From contig OZ316896.1 in assembly GCA_973895155.1 (NCBI GenBank), positions 6,562,166-6,626,165 on the forward strand: a DNA stretch of 64,000 nt, given 5' to 3'. A model generated the notes under the pieces. That model was not told the origin of the DNA. It searched no databases and saw only the letters and a program-made list of their open reading frames with translations. The stretch comes from Marsupella aquatica. Its lineage: Eukaryota > Plantae > Marchantiophyta. Positions 37,875 to 50,343 of the stretch are shown here, piece by piece (position 1 is the stretch's first letter; each line of letters opens with the position of its first letter). The position numbers and the translations under genes were made by a program.

Positions 37875-39195
37875 GACTAAGAGCAATACCTAACAAACTC
37901 CCCCTTGACTCTTGTCTTGGGGATTGGACTAATTGCTACCATATGGAATCCTCAGCGGGAAGTTCTAGACAATCACCTAAATAGGTCTCCCCCTAAAAAC
38001 CACAAGAGTTAACTAAGGGTTAACTAGAACTAAGCCGTAGCCAAACTGGAATGAGTAATCCATATACAAATAGTCACAACATTGCTAAATAACTCTACTT
38101 GCGCTACAACTGCAAAACATGCAAAGTAGCACTGTGTCTTGAGAAACTCTCCAAAGGAAATCACTTTGGTAAAGGCATCAGCGGGATTGAGCTTTCCATC
38201 AATCTTGACTAGCTCAAAAGTTTTATCAGACAGTGCTTGTCTGATAAAATGGTACCTGGTATCAATGTGCTTCACTCTGTTATCCATCACCTGGTTAGCA
38301 ACCAAGTGAAGAGCACTCTGACTATCACAGTTTAGAGATATTTTGCCATGCTCTAAACCCATCTCCATGATCAACCTGTCCAATCAAATTTCTTCCTTTG
38401 CCACTTTTGCTGCTGCAACATACTCTATTTCTGTAGTAGACTGAGAGATACACTTCTGCAAGGTAGATTTCCAACTGATACATTCTCCTCCAAGAGTAAA
38501 TACATACCCAGTTGTAGATCTCCTTGTATCAAGACTTCCTCCATAGTTAGAATCTACATAGCCAATCAACGTTCTATTTGATCTGACATCAAATAGCAAG
38601 CCATGGTCCAGTGTTCCCTTCAGATACTTGAGAATCCATTTCACAGCTTCCCAATGTACCTTCCCTGGATTTGACATGAATCTGCTAACCTTGCCCATTG
38701 CTAGGGCCAAGTCAGGCCTAGTACAAGTCATCAAATACATCAGACTGCCTACTGCCTTCTCATAAGGAATCTTAGCCATCAGACCTTTCTCCACAGCATC
38801 CGTAGGAGAGAACGCCGATGATAACTTGAAATGTGAAGCTAAAGGAATACTCACTAGCTTACAATTTTCCACGTTGAATTGTGCAAGTACCTTCCTCACA
38901 TACTTGCCTTGATTCAAGCACAACTGTCCAGTATCAGAGTTCCTAAAAATCTCCATCCCTAAGATCCTCTTGGCCTTACCAAGATCCTTCATCTTGAATT
39001 TAGAACTCAATTTTGCCTTGACTCTGTCAACCTCAGATTGGTCTTTAGCCACAATTAGCATGTCATCCACATAGAGAACCAGAATGATGAAACCAAACAC
39101 ATCATTCTTGACTGATTTTGTATAGACACAAGGATCATACACCATCATTGTAAAACCTTGAGCAAACATGAAATCATCAAACCGCTTGTTCCATT

Positions 39196-39479
39196 CTTGG
39201 GGGGTTAACTAAGTGTATATTTTGGGGTACCACGTGCGATCCTAGCCTAATATAAATAGACCTATTTTATAAAGAAATTATTCCAAGAATATTCTCTATT
39301 TTCAATATTAATAACCTATTTTATTTTATAAAAAGTATATATTAGAGAATATTCTATAAACATGAGTTTATAATACCTTCTTTTGCCTCCTACGCTTTTT
39401 AAAAATTTAGTTAATTTCTATCAAAAATACCTATTTTGGATCGCACATGGTTCCTAAGATTTTTAGTCAACCCCCCGAG
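39196..39479. mobile_element. MITE of a related CTCGGGGGG-TIR family, inserted in copia RT
   Basis: TIRs CTTGGGGGGTTAAC / GTCAACCCCCCGAG. 8-bp TSD GTTCCATT at 39188-39195 and 39480-39487. Splits QWN|KRFDDF. Confidence 0.9.
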
Positions 39480-40429
39480 GTTCCATTGTCTAGGAGCTTG
39501 CTTCAATCCATACAAGGACTTGAGCAATCTACAAACTAAGTTCTCTTGGCCCTTCTTCATAAAGCGTGGTTGTCTCATGAAGATCATCTCTTCCAAGTTG
39601 CCATAGAGAAAAGCAATAACAATGTCCATCTGATCCATCACCAGACCAAAAAACATAACAAGATGACACAAGATCCCAATTGTGGAATACTTAGCCACTG
39701 GTGAAAAGACCTCATTGTAATCCACTCCTTTCTCCTGAGTGAATCCCTTGGCAACAAGCCTTGCCTTGTAGATCTTGTCTCCACCCTCTGAAGGACTGTC
39801 CTTCAACTTGTAAATCCACTTGCTGTCCACCACTTGCTGACCTCTTGGAAGCTCCACAAGTTCCCATGTCTTGTTGTCACTCAAAGATTGCAACTCCCTC
39901 TGCATTGCTGCATTTCATTCATGCTTCTGCTCTGAAGTACAAGCCTCACTCTACAAAGAAGGCTCTCCTTCAAGATCAAAGTCATATCATCATCATCAGG
40001 TGCAATGTCAATATCATCTAGCTTAGATGAGTCTGCCCATTGACCATACCTGGTAGGAGGTCTAGTAGAACGACTAGAAGTTCTCCTAGTAGATGATTCA
40101 GGCTGATCTACTACTATTGCTGGCTGAATTTGAGGTACCCCAACAAAAATCTGCTCCTCTTGTTCCATCACAGGAACCAGCTCCATACTCGGAGCTTCTC
40201 CATCTCTCCTATCATGAACATCATCAATGACTAATCTCCCCCTCAACCCGGTCCGGGCTAGGAGATTTTCCTTTGTCAGTATGGGAGTCCTGAGAATTCT
40301 CTCCCTCCTTTGATGATCTGGATTCATTAAAGGACACATCTCTACTGACAATTAGCTTACAGGTTACTGGATCCCATAACCTATACCCTTTCACACCTTT
40401 CTGATAACCAAGGAAAATGCACTTCTTTG

Positions 40430-40483
40430 ACTTGGACTCCAACTTGGATCAAAGCTACTTGGACTCCAACTTGGATCAAAGCT
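40430..40483. repeat. 27-bp tandem duplication
   Basis: ACTTGGACTCCAACTTGGATCAAAGCT x2. Confidence 0.9.
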
Positions 40484-41444
40484 GGGAAGGTGTAAGCACA
40501 TAAGCATCACATCCAAAATCCTCAGATGTGAGTAATCTGTTGGACGCCTGTACCTCATTTCAAATGGCGTCTTGAATCCAATAGAACTTGATGGTGAGAA
40601 ATTTACCAAATAAGCTGCAATGTTGATAGCTTCAACCCAAAACTCATGTGGTAAGCATGCTCAGAAGAAGCAAGGCCTTATCCTCATCTTCAACTCCCTT
40701 ACCCAGGTCATTTGACAGATCCACCGCCAGGCTGTCAAACTCATCCAGGTGATCCTGTAGCTTGCTCCAACCTTCAACTTGAGCTATAATATGCGATGTC
40801 CCAAACACCGCACAGCTCACTCTGTTGAAAAAACAATCTCTGGTCTCTCCTCCAAAAAACCATCGAACACAAATAAATCTAGAACAACGCAAACTCTGAT
40901 TCCTCTACACCACGGATACCGATCAATGAGTTCTCACCACTGTTAGAGAGCCCTCTCACTAACCTATCCGCTCAGCCACACACATTCGAGTTTCATGCGA
41001 CAAAACTCCGAATGTCACACCGACAATGAACGCTGGAAAACCATCACAAAAAACCTTGTCACCTCCCAGACATGCTCTGATACCACTTGTTGAGCATTGA
41101 CGACAATTGCAACGGCAAGCCCATGAACCATCCAATGCACAAGAGTCGACATAGAGAGATATGTGGTTCACCTCCACATGAGGCTACGTCCACGGGAACA
41201 CTCAAGAGCTTTACTGCACTCTAGGCTGACCGGCTATACCAATCATCCACAATGCAAGCTCTCCCTATCTCTCAACTAGCTCCATAATAATGAGCCTTAG
41301 TCCCAAAGAGGCTGGCATCAGCCCTGGCTATATACACAATAGCACTACCGCTAACCTTAGCTAAGTCCTAACCCGAGTTAGCCTAACTATGGTTAGCTCA
41401 TGAGTCACAAGACTAAGAGCAATACCTAACAAAGGAAGGGTAAA

Positions 41445-44400
41445 ATGAAAGTGGAATTTGTTGACCTTTCCGATAGTGGCGATGAACAAGATTTTGCCAA
41501 AAATCTCCTTCCTGACAAGAATGTGAAACAAGAACTGTCAAACGAAGTTGGTCATGTGAAAGCTTTAATTGTTTATAGGAGGAGTGCGCTTGACGTAGTT
41601 CTAAAAGCTAAAGGTCAGAGTGAGATTAGTAGATTCATGCAAAAGAACAATTATTGATTTGAGCAAGTGTCAAGCTTGCCAGTCACTTACAATGGAAATG
41701 TCGTGTTTGAATTGCCCCGTGTTGTTGGAGTTTTCTTAAAAGGTGAACGGCTATGGGATATGGATCGGAGCAAAGATTGCTACTATATATTGGAACCATA
41801 TTGTTACCACTTAAATGCTAATGTTCTCCCCCCAAAAAATGTGGGATTTTTGGAAAGTGTTTTGCATAGGTTTGCTAGAATATTGTAATAATTCTTGCGA
41901 GTTTTGGGTCGATTATGGAATTTGGAATGCAAAATTTTGGGTTAGATTTCCAAAACTTTTAGGGCTGCATATTGTTGGTCAACTCATTCCCAAGGGTGGA
42001 ATTGTTTGTCATTACTATTGCAAGCATCCTTTTTGTGTTCAATCTTGTCCAACAATGATGTTCTACATGTACGCATCTTTCAAAGTTGACGTAGAGTCTG
42101 CAAAGCATATGTTGCACCTTGCTATTCATATGGGATTTCATAACCATCTGAGCAAACAAGTGTTTTCCCAACAAGTGAAGAAGGTGGCAAAGATCCACTA
42201 GAGCAAGGTTTTGGTTTGAATCCCCAAGCAACTGCCTCGGGTATAAAGAAAATGGTCACCAAATCTCTTTTTAATGCCATGTGTGAGTCATCTGTGTAGG
42301 ACATGGTCCCAATAGAGGAGAACGAGATTTTTGAATCTCTCCAAGTGATCTCTACCCCATAGAAATTTCTCAATCTTCTGAGAAGTATTCGGCAAGACCA
42401 AAAAGGGAGAGGGGAATTGGAGTTCCTAGTTAGTATGCAAAAAAACATCTTCTTCCCATTTCTACAAAGGTTCATGATGTCGGGGCAAGGGTGTCGAGAG
42501 GAGAGTGCACACATTTTCAAAATGACAATTAAAGGAGAAGGCTCGAGACTGGATCTTCTTCAAAGGATGCAACATGGAGGGTCTCTTGAGATTGCTTGGG
42601 TTAGTTTTGATGTAATGCATCAAATGACTAAGGACTGGCTTATGTTTAGTGTCCATGTTTGCACTTTGCATTTGGGAAGTAAAGCACGCCAAACATCGCT
42701 TCTTATGGGATAGGTTGCGGAATGTGGCAACATTTATTGAGGCATGTCATATTTGAAGAGAAATTGATTCCTAGTGGAAGTCCGGGAATTGCTACCCCGG
42801 TAAATTGCAAATGTTGCAAGGTTGGCTTTCTTGGTGCGATGTCCAGTGGCATGAGTGTGGAAATTTCATTCGATTGGTAAAGCATTCTTGACACTCTTTG
42901 GTTTCTTAGCATTTGGCGCTCCTTATATCTGTTTATCACTAACCAGATATCTTTATTTGAATTGTTGGATCTTCCTATTGAGTTGGCTAGCGCATGATGC
43001 TATTAAACTAGTCTTAGCTTATCTGATAAAGATTATCTCTATTGATTTCCACAAAGCAAGAGTGCCTAAGAGGCGGCCATGATTCCAAATTGCACGGGTT
43101 CAGAGTTGTCTCATGTGTCAATGCTTGGCAAACAAAGATGAAGGTTGATATTTTTGAAGGATGCAAAACTTATCAGAACAAAGCGATCTCTCAAGTTGGA
43201 GCCTATACAGCTTGTAAGAGGGGATTGAATAGAGGGAATGGTCCAATAGTGTTTGAGTTGGCTTTCCATTTTTCCAACCTTGTAGGGTCACCACAGTTTT
43301 TTGAAGAGGAACCTTTTCCTTTCCAATGCGGTTGAATTCAATTTGGAAAGGACTTCCCCTTTGAACAAGGACGTCGTTGCTCAATTTGTAAAGAGGAAGG
43401 GGAATGCTACTGGAAATGTCTTGGCCCAAGACTCCCATTAACACGACACTATCCTCATTAATACTCCAAACACCTGAGGTACGTTTGAAGTGGAGGAACC
43501 TTAACAGAACTGAATTCTCAACCATTATGTCAGAACAATTTGTTCAAGATTGTGTCATTGTGAATCTTTCAGAGAGCGATGGTTCAGATGGCCTTTGTGA
43601 GAGAAGTACGGCCCCTCCTGCAATGGAAACTAGATCACTTGGGACTCCAAGAACACCTCCAGTGGAAGTTGTCAACGGAGAATCCCTGCCAATGCCAGAG
43701 GTCAATGTTTCTTCTGGATCCTGGCATATTCGGAGAACTTTGAAATGTGGCGCTTGACCGGTATGCAATGGGTCACTTGGCAGATGAGGTGAACGTGATG
43801 AATGTAGAAATTGATTGAAGCTCGGGGGTCTCACTATATGGGGACCTCCCCATCGCCTGCGACGTTTTTAGGCCTTGGACCCCCTAAAATGTAAGAAATT
43901 TTTTTAATTTTTTAACCCCTATAAAGTTGGAATATTCTTGGAATATTCTAAAAATTGGATTAAAAAGACCCTAATATTCTTATAAGTCTCAAAATTGAAT
44001 TTAAAAGACCCTATTGTTCTTCTACAAAAATTCTTAAGTCTTCCCTTAGAACCAATAATATGACCCTATCCTTTGTCGCACGTGATATGCCATTTTTGTG
44101 GAAGTGAAACCCCCGAGGATTGAAGAAGGTAGGTTACCTGAATTCAAATGGAGTTGTTGGCATTGCAGCTTGAGTAGCATGGCTCTTTAGAGGGGAACCA
44201 CATCTTGAACTTATTTGGTCCTATCCGAACAAATTTTGTTACAAAAGCCGTCCCTGGAAGGATTTGGTGAATGTTCCCACCCCTCTTGATACCCTCCTTG
44301 TTGCAATGGCCACAAATCTATTGGTTGTGAAAATTGAATTTCTAAAGCAGAATGGAGTGTCGCTCAATGTTGGAGGTGGAGATATTGGAACCGGACCAAG

Positions 44401-45200
44401 TGGACTAGATCTTCGGATTGATGTGAATGTATACCCGGAAAGAATCAATGTACTTGAGCCTACTATTTGGTGTTTGTCTCAAAATGGAAGGACATGCTTG
44501 CACAAAGTGCATCTTACCAGGTCACACTATAAAAAATTGAAGTTGCTGAGAAAGAAGTGATGAAAATAATTTGTTTGAGGGGTGTCGCAACAGGTAATGC
44601 ATGGGGCCCGACATGGGGGCCTAGCATGGGGCAAACAATTTTGCATCCAAACGCATAGCCTAGTCTATGATTGCTTACTGGGTTCAGATTTGCTACTTTC
44701 CATGCTGTTCTTTCCAAGATTTCTATTGTTGTCATGATTGCCCATCAAGAACCTTTCACGCCTTGCAAACATCTATAATGTATTTATAAGACTGTTTTCT
44801 CATTGGACCTACGAGAATCTGCCTTGTCAAGTTAGCCGATACTCACCCTTGGAGAAATACGGCACTTGTTGGAACAGCAGAATTTAGCAGCAACTTAAAC
44901 TGGTATTGATGGTGTCGTTTATCTTGCACCGCTACATACTTTGTTGTTTGCCCAATTGTATTATCGTTGAATTAATCTGTGGACCCCTATATTCATCTAG
45001 GAATGTGTGTGTGATGAAGGGAAATCAATTTTCAGCAAGGCGGTAATCGATGGTTTTGAGTCTCCCAGTGATCTTGGTGTGTGCTTGTACAAAAGAGAAT
45101 GCTCAAAAGATAGAAAAGATCAATCTGGTTGAGATGATCTCTCTGGTTTATCAAATGAACGGTTGAATGTGGAGGAATTGACAAAGTTTTTTGACAATTT
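41445..45200 (+). pseudogene. Highly decayed DNA-transposon gene (Cys/His-rich GCM-like region, possibly a MULE-type transposase)
   Basis: Collinear fragments YNGNVVFELP, CIGLLEYCNNSCEF, CHYYC..PFC...C, LAIHMGFHNH, VSFDVMH..WLMFSVHV, WHIRR and ATNLL..EFLKQNG. Family assignment is from memory only. Confidence 0.4.
43821..44117. mobile_element. MITE, CTCGGGGG-TIR family, copy 3, reverse orientation
   Basis: Near-identical reverse complement of 29064-29360. 8-bp TSD GATTGAAG at 43813-43820 and 44118-44125. Confidence 0.93.
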
Positions 45201-45659
45201 TTGCTTACACATTGGAGAAATAGTCTTTCTACCAAACCTGTTTGATTGTTTGCGAGTTATGTTGAGCATTACCACCACAAGACAGACTGGAGGACAACAC
45301 TCAGCTGTTGACGAAAGAGCGCTTGTCGTTTCGGTGGGAAGAACGCACAAAATGGATGAGCCATCACTTTACATGAAGGTTTTGTAGTTTTTTGATTTAA
45401 GAAAGCTATGGTGTGAGGGGGAGACCAGCAATTGTGTCTTTGACAGAGACGTTGCAATTGGAGTCAACCAGTGTTCAGAGTTTGCTTCAGTTGAAGATTG
45501 GAGGGACGCAAACAATTCAAGTTGGGAAGCAAGCGTTGCGGACAAGCGATGACAACGTAATTGAATAAATTTGTGACGATGAAGTTTGTGACGGTGACGA
45601 GATTGTGACATCTCTTAATCGAGAAAGGGTTTCCAATGAGCCTCAAATTGACAAATTTA

Positions 45660-46009
45660 GTCAAGTTCCAAATGAGTTTTTGAATTTCTTTGCCTTTTGA
45701 ATGATTGTGACAATAAGAAATTTTGATAATGAGTTCATGAATTCTTTTAGTTTTCCAAGATTGAGTCCGACATTGACAAATTCATGTCAGATTTTGTCAC
45801 GGTACTAAAGAGATGATGAAGTTTTCAATCTCTCTAGTTTTCTAATGTGTGATATTGGGAGTATTTGTCAAGAATCAGAGAGATCATGAGTATCCAAATT
45901 TCTCTAGTTTTCCAATGGACCTAACATTAATAGATTTTGTCAAGTACTACTAAGGAAATTATGAGTTTTTAATCTCTAGCTTTCCAATGTTTGTAATATT
46001 GAGATATTT
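45660..46009. repeat. Degenerate ~70-bp repeat array (TCTCTAGTTTTCCAATG ... GTCAAG ... ATGAG), continuing at 54015-54150 after the LINE
   Basis: Recurrent TAGTTTTCCAA, TGTCAAG and ATGAGTTT motifs on both sides of the LINE insertion. Confidence 0.55.
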
Positions 46010-46383
46010 CCTTGAAGTTTGTTTTCTTTTATTACTATAACCACGAAAGACCCCGTGGCAGGGGGATATAGCCCACAGCACCGAAAAAACCAGAAACAGC
46101 CACGTCCAATATGAAGGACAGTCAGTGACGCAGATTGTGTTTGCCCCAAATCAACAGTGGGGGCCAGCAACAAGCCAAGCATATCATGCACGCCCAGAAT
46201 TCAGGGGGCCAATATCTATCAAGGCAAACTAACCAGCTATACACAGCTCTCTTGTACCCGAGCCCTCCAAGGGCCAATACAGAGCAAGGCAAACTAACCA
46301 CCTATGCACTGCACACAAATGCCCGAGCCATCAGCTAGAAACCAAGGCAACAATATACTTCGTCCCTGAGATCCAAAAAGACC

Positions 46384-49300
46384 TCAGCCAGACGTGATCC
46401 AAACCTGACGACTACGTAGCCACACCACTCTCTCCTGATTAATAAGCTCTTTAACACGCATCATTCTTGTGCGCCGCCTGCCCAGGGGCAAGCTCAAGCC
46501 CACCGCAGTAACATGATCGGCTGCCTCCGATAATAGGAATCTAAGATCAAATTTCCTGCAGCCATTCGCCTGAAACTCATCTACATTCCGTCCTAACCAC
46601 AATGACCAGAGGATCTGGTAAAAAATGAATAGATTTGCAACTGTTCTGTGTTCTCTACCTAGTGTTAGATCCAGCATGGATAACATCCTACTCGAGTAAT
46701 CAGGAAAGGTGCCTTGGAAGCACCTAGCACTTAATGCCCAACATTTGCGGGCATGCACACACTGGGAAAAGAGGTGGGGCATGGTTTCAGTGACACTGCT
46801 ACACAGCTTGCAAAATCCATCTCCCTTGCCTATGCAGGATGCTCGGATTCCTGTAAATAATCCGGAGGCTAGGACTCTCCAGACAAAAGTTTTTGCCCGT
46901 GAGGATAGATCGGATCTCCACAGCCCAGTCCAGGTCGCCTTCCATTCACCTACCAATTTTGTGCTACCCCAAGTGCAATTCAGACTAAGAAAATCCTCCA
47001 CAGTAGGACTAAGTAGAGAGTAAGCCCGCCTATTGGTAATTCGAAAGGCATTCATAGGGGCCGGATGATCCGCCCATCGCCAACATCGAGCTCCAGTGAC
47101 ATAGTGCATACAACATCCATCAATCTCTGTAACCTTCTCTAGAAACTCCCTGCAACAGCCTCGCTCACGTGCAGAGAACCCTCTAATGTGTGCCAGTTGT
47201 GCAACCAAATCACGCCACGTTTGCAACTCAACTGACCAAAGATCTTGGATACTGCGTATGCCCAAGCGTCCACAGAGCACTATTACCGCCATAAAATCCG
47301 CATTAGGCCACGACTGAAAGTCCTCAAGGCAGCGTAGTGTATCCATTACATTCCACCTGCCAGGCATTAAATCCATTGGGGAAAAGATCAGATGAGGTCT
47401 TAATTGCATCCAAGCTTTCCATAATCCTCCAGTATATGTAAGGCCATTAAATGATCGTGGAAAGCAAAGCAACATTTTATCCTTGAAAGAATACTTATTC
47501 CTCCTGATCCACTTAAAATTTATCCAGCTAACCAATTTCAGATTTTCTACAAAGAGGCAGGCCCATTCCGTGCCAGGGGAGTCCAGTGCTCCCGTAAACC
47601 ATTTAGAGAGAAGAGCGTCCAAGTGGCAACGAAAGTCTTTCAGCCCCAGGCCCCCATCCATCCTAGGCCTAGCCATTCTAGCCCAAGAGACCAGAGGTAC
47701 CCTTCTGCCTCCTTCAGAGTTGTAGCCCCACAGAAAATCCCGACATAGTGCTATCAATTTCCTTGCCAGGCCGTCAGAGGCTTTCAAGAACATAGAATGA
47801 TAAATGGGTATCGCCTGTAAGATGTGCCTGATCAAGAGGATCCTCCCAGAGAATGACAGCAGCTTGTTTGGCCCAAGATGACAAGCGTGCACCAATTTTA
47901 TCAAGAACAAAGCGATGTAAATGATCCTTCCGCAACTCCACCCCCAATGGTGCACCCAGATACTTTTGTAGCTCCCCTTTCTTGTTGATTACACACCCTG
48001 TATTCGTCAACCACCTTGGTATAGAAGCCATTGCCAATGGTATGATCACAGACTTGCGTAAATTGAGTCTTGCTCCAGTTGCAGATTTGTAACAGTGTAG
48101 CACCATTGTGGCCATGTGGAAGCACTCCTCTGTAGTAGGGATCAGCATTCCCAAGTCATCCGCAAAGAGTCGATAACAGAGGGTCAGTTCCTCCGATATC
48201 TGTATCCCCAGTAGTCTCCCAGCCACTAATTCTGCATCCATGAGATCCATAAGGGGCTGGGTCGATATAACAAATAGTAGAGGGGAAAGCGGGCAGCCTT
48301 GTCTTACACCTCTCTTTAGCCCAATGGTCTCGGACATCAAGCCATTGACCTGCACACGTGACGACGGTTCAGCAAGCAAAGCCTGTACTAGCTTGATGAA
48401 ATGGCTGCCAATCCCTAGCAGGTGCATTGTCTCCCAAATGTACTCATGATTGACTCTATCAAATGCTTTTTCAAAGTCTAATTTGAGAAACAAGGATTCC
48501 CTGTGCTTGTTTTTGGTCCAGTCACAAGCTAACCAGGCTAGTGAGATATTTTCCAAAATGTTCCTGCTAGGAATGAATCCTGTCTGCTGTGGGTTAATCA
48601 GCTTGGGAAGGATAACCATCAACCAATTGGCCAGTATTTTGGCAATGAGCTTGTAAATGGTGTTCAGCATGGTCAGGGGTCTCCAGTCCTTCAGAAGCCT
48701 CTTATCTAGTTTCTTGGGGATAAACTTAATGATACCATTGTTAATGCCAGCAGCTAAGTTGCCAGACAACCAAAACACCTATATCATGGCAATGAGATCC
48801 GTCTCAATAAAGTGCCAGCAAGCCCGATAAACCTCTGCTGTCATTCCATCAGGGCCAGGGGCCTTATGAGATGGCATTTGCCAAAGAGTATCTTTGATTT
48901 CTTTACCATTGGGGAGCACTTCTAATCTTGTCAGTTCAGCGTAGGTTAAGGTGTGTCTAGTGTGAGCGAGGAGAGAGCTCCTGGCCTTCCTCATCTCCCC
49001 AAGCTCACCTGTAGTCAGATCAGGGGGGGCATACAGATCTAAACATTGTCTGGCTACTTCCCTCAGAATGTGAGCGGGTTCAGTAATCTCTGCTCCGTCT
49101 GCAGTGGTAAGAGATCTCATAGCTTCCCTGCTTTGCTTTGCTGCTACCGTAGCAAAATAAAATTTAGTGGGCTCTTCACCTTCTCCTAGCCATTTTATCC
49201 TTGCTAGTCGTCTCCCAACATGTGCCTCTTCCATCTCCATTGCATGCAGGAGATCCTCAGCAATTATATATTCTCTCATATCCTCCTCTAAGTTGTCCTC

Positions 49301-50302
49301 CAGCAGGGACTCTTTCAGAGTTTGAAGCCGAGTCCGCAGGAGGTTCATCTCTTCCGCTCGTGCTTTAGGGGAGCCCTGTTTTAAATGGTACATCTTGCGC
49401 AAATGGCAGGAAGCTCATTCAAAAGCCAACAGTGGCTCAGTGTAGTTGCCCTTCCCCAGCTTCTAGGCTCCTTCCAATGCCTCCAGATGATCTTTGTTTC
49501 TGACCACAGCCGGGTTCGCTTTAAACCACACCGGCCCACCCGGGGGACAACCGATGTCCTCCCTATCTCCCAGTCAAATTATGATCACTACAGGATCGTG
49601 GTCAGAAAGTGCTGACCCCCCATCATGTATCAGTTCCAATAGGTCCCCCAACCATTCCCCTTTTTCACTGAAGTAAAATCGATCCAGACGTGACTGCACA
49701 ATTACCTCGTTTCTGCATCTGCGCCAGGTAAAATGGGAGCCAGTAACCTCTTTAATCAGCAATGCATCCGCCAGATCTAGCCGGACTTTCAAAAAACGCC
49801 AAAACTTGGCTTCCCGGCCCTTAAGCAAAGGTGATAGCCCACTCAAATCTTCTCTAAGTTCTGTCATGTTAAAATCCCCACCAAGAATCCAATTGCCTTG
49901 AGGAAGGAGTGATTTCAGCTCGTGCCATAAGCAAGCCCGTAGTCGAGGCGAGTTCGGAGCATAGATGCTAACCATTCCAAATTTTCCTCCTTCCGATTCT
50001 ATCACAGCCCATACGGCCCTTCCCAGGTCAATCACGCTCGTTGCCAATATCTTCAGATCAGGGTGAATCAGCAGAGCAGACCCCCCCCGACCCTCATCTG
50101 GTGCAAAAGTGAGGTGCTGATATAGCGGCAGTATAGCCCTCAGAGCAATATCCAGCTGAAATTGATTTGCTTTTATTTCTTGTAACGCCAGAATATCTAT
50201 CTTCTCTCTACAGGATTCAATCCAGTTCCTGACTACCATTTTCCTATTAGGTTCACACAATCCGCATACATTCCAGGAAGCAATCCAAAGCAGGCATGTC
50301 AT
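46384..50302 (-). pseudogene. LINE ORF2 (APE endonuclease, RT, zf-RVT), frameshifted
   Basis: SWNVCGL, LQE, GDFN, SRLDRFY, SDHDP; KAPGPDG, WRPLTMLN, KLDFEKAFD, GVRQGCPLSP, LFADD, KYLG; CKLC...HLFSQC. Confidence 0.92.
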
Positions 50303-50343
50303 ACTTCGACCCCCTTTCCGCTACCAGAGTAGAGTGCCAATCC

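Larger units (their letters stand above)
38100..40780 (-). pseudogene. Copia pol remnants (gag fragment, integrase C-terminus, RT, RNase H)
   Basis: EDEDKALLLL, KKCIFLGY..GYRLWDP, YKARLVAKGF, SLYGLKQAPRQW, LYVDDML, TRPDL, CDSQSA, KHIDTRYHF. Multiple stops and frameshifts. Confidence 0.9.
37259..41431 (-). mobile_element. Internally deleted Ty1/copia LTR retrotransposon
   Basis: 344-bp LTRs at 41088-41431 and 37259-37895 (the latter carries a MITE), about 19 differences by eye. TSD AAGGA at 37254-37258 and 41432-41436. tRNA-iMet PBS TGGTATCAGAGC at 41074-41085. PPT AAGGGGGAGTT at 37896-37906. Confidence 0.93.
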
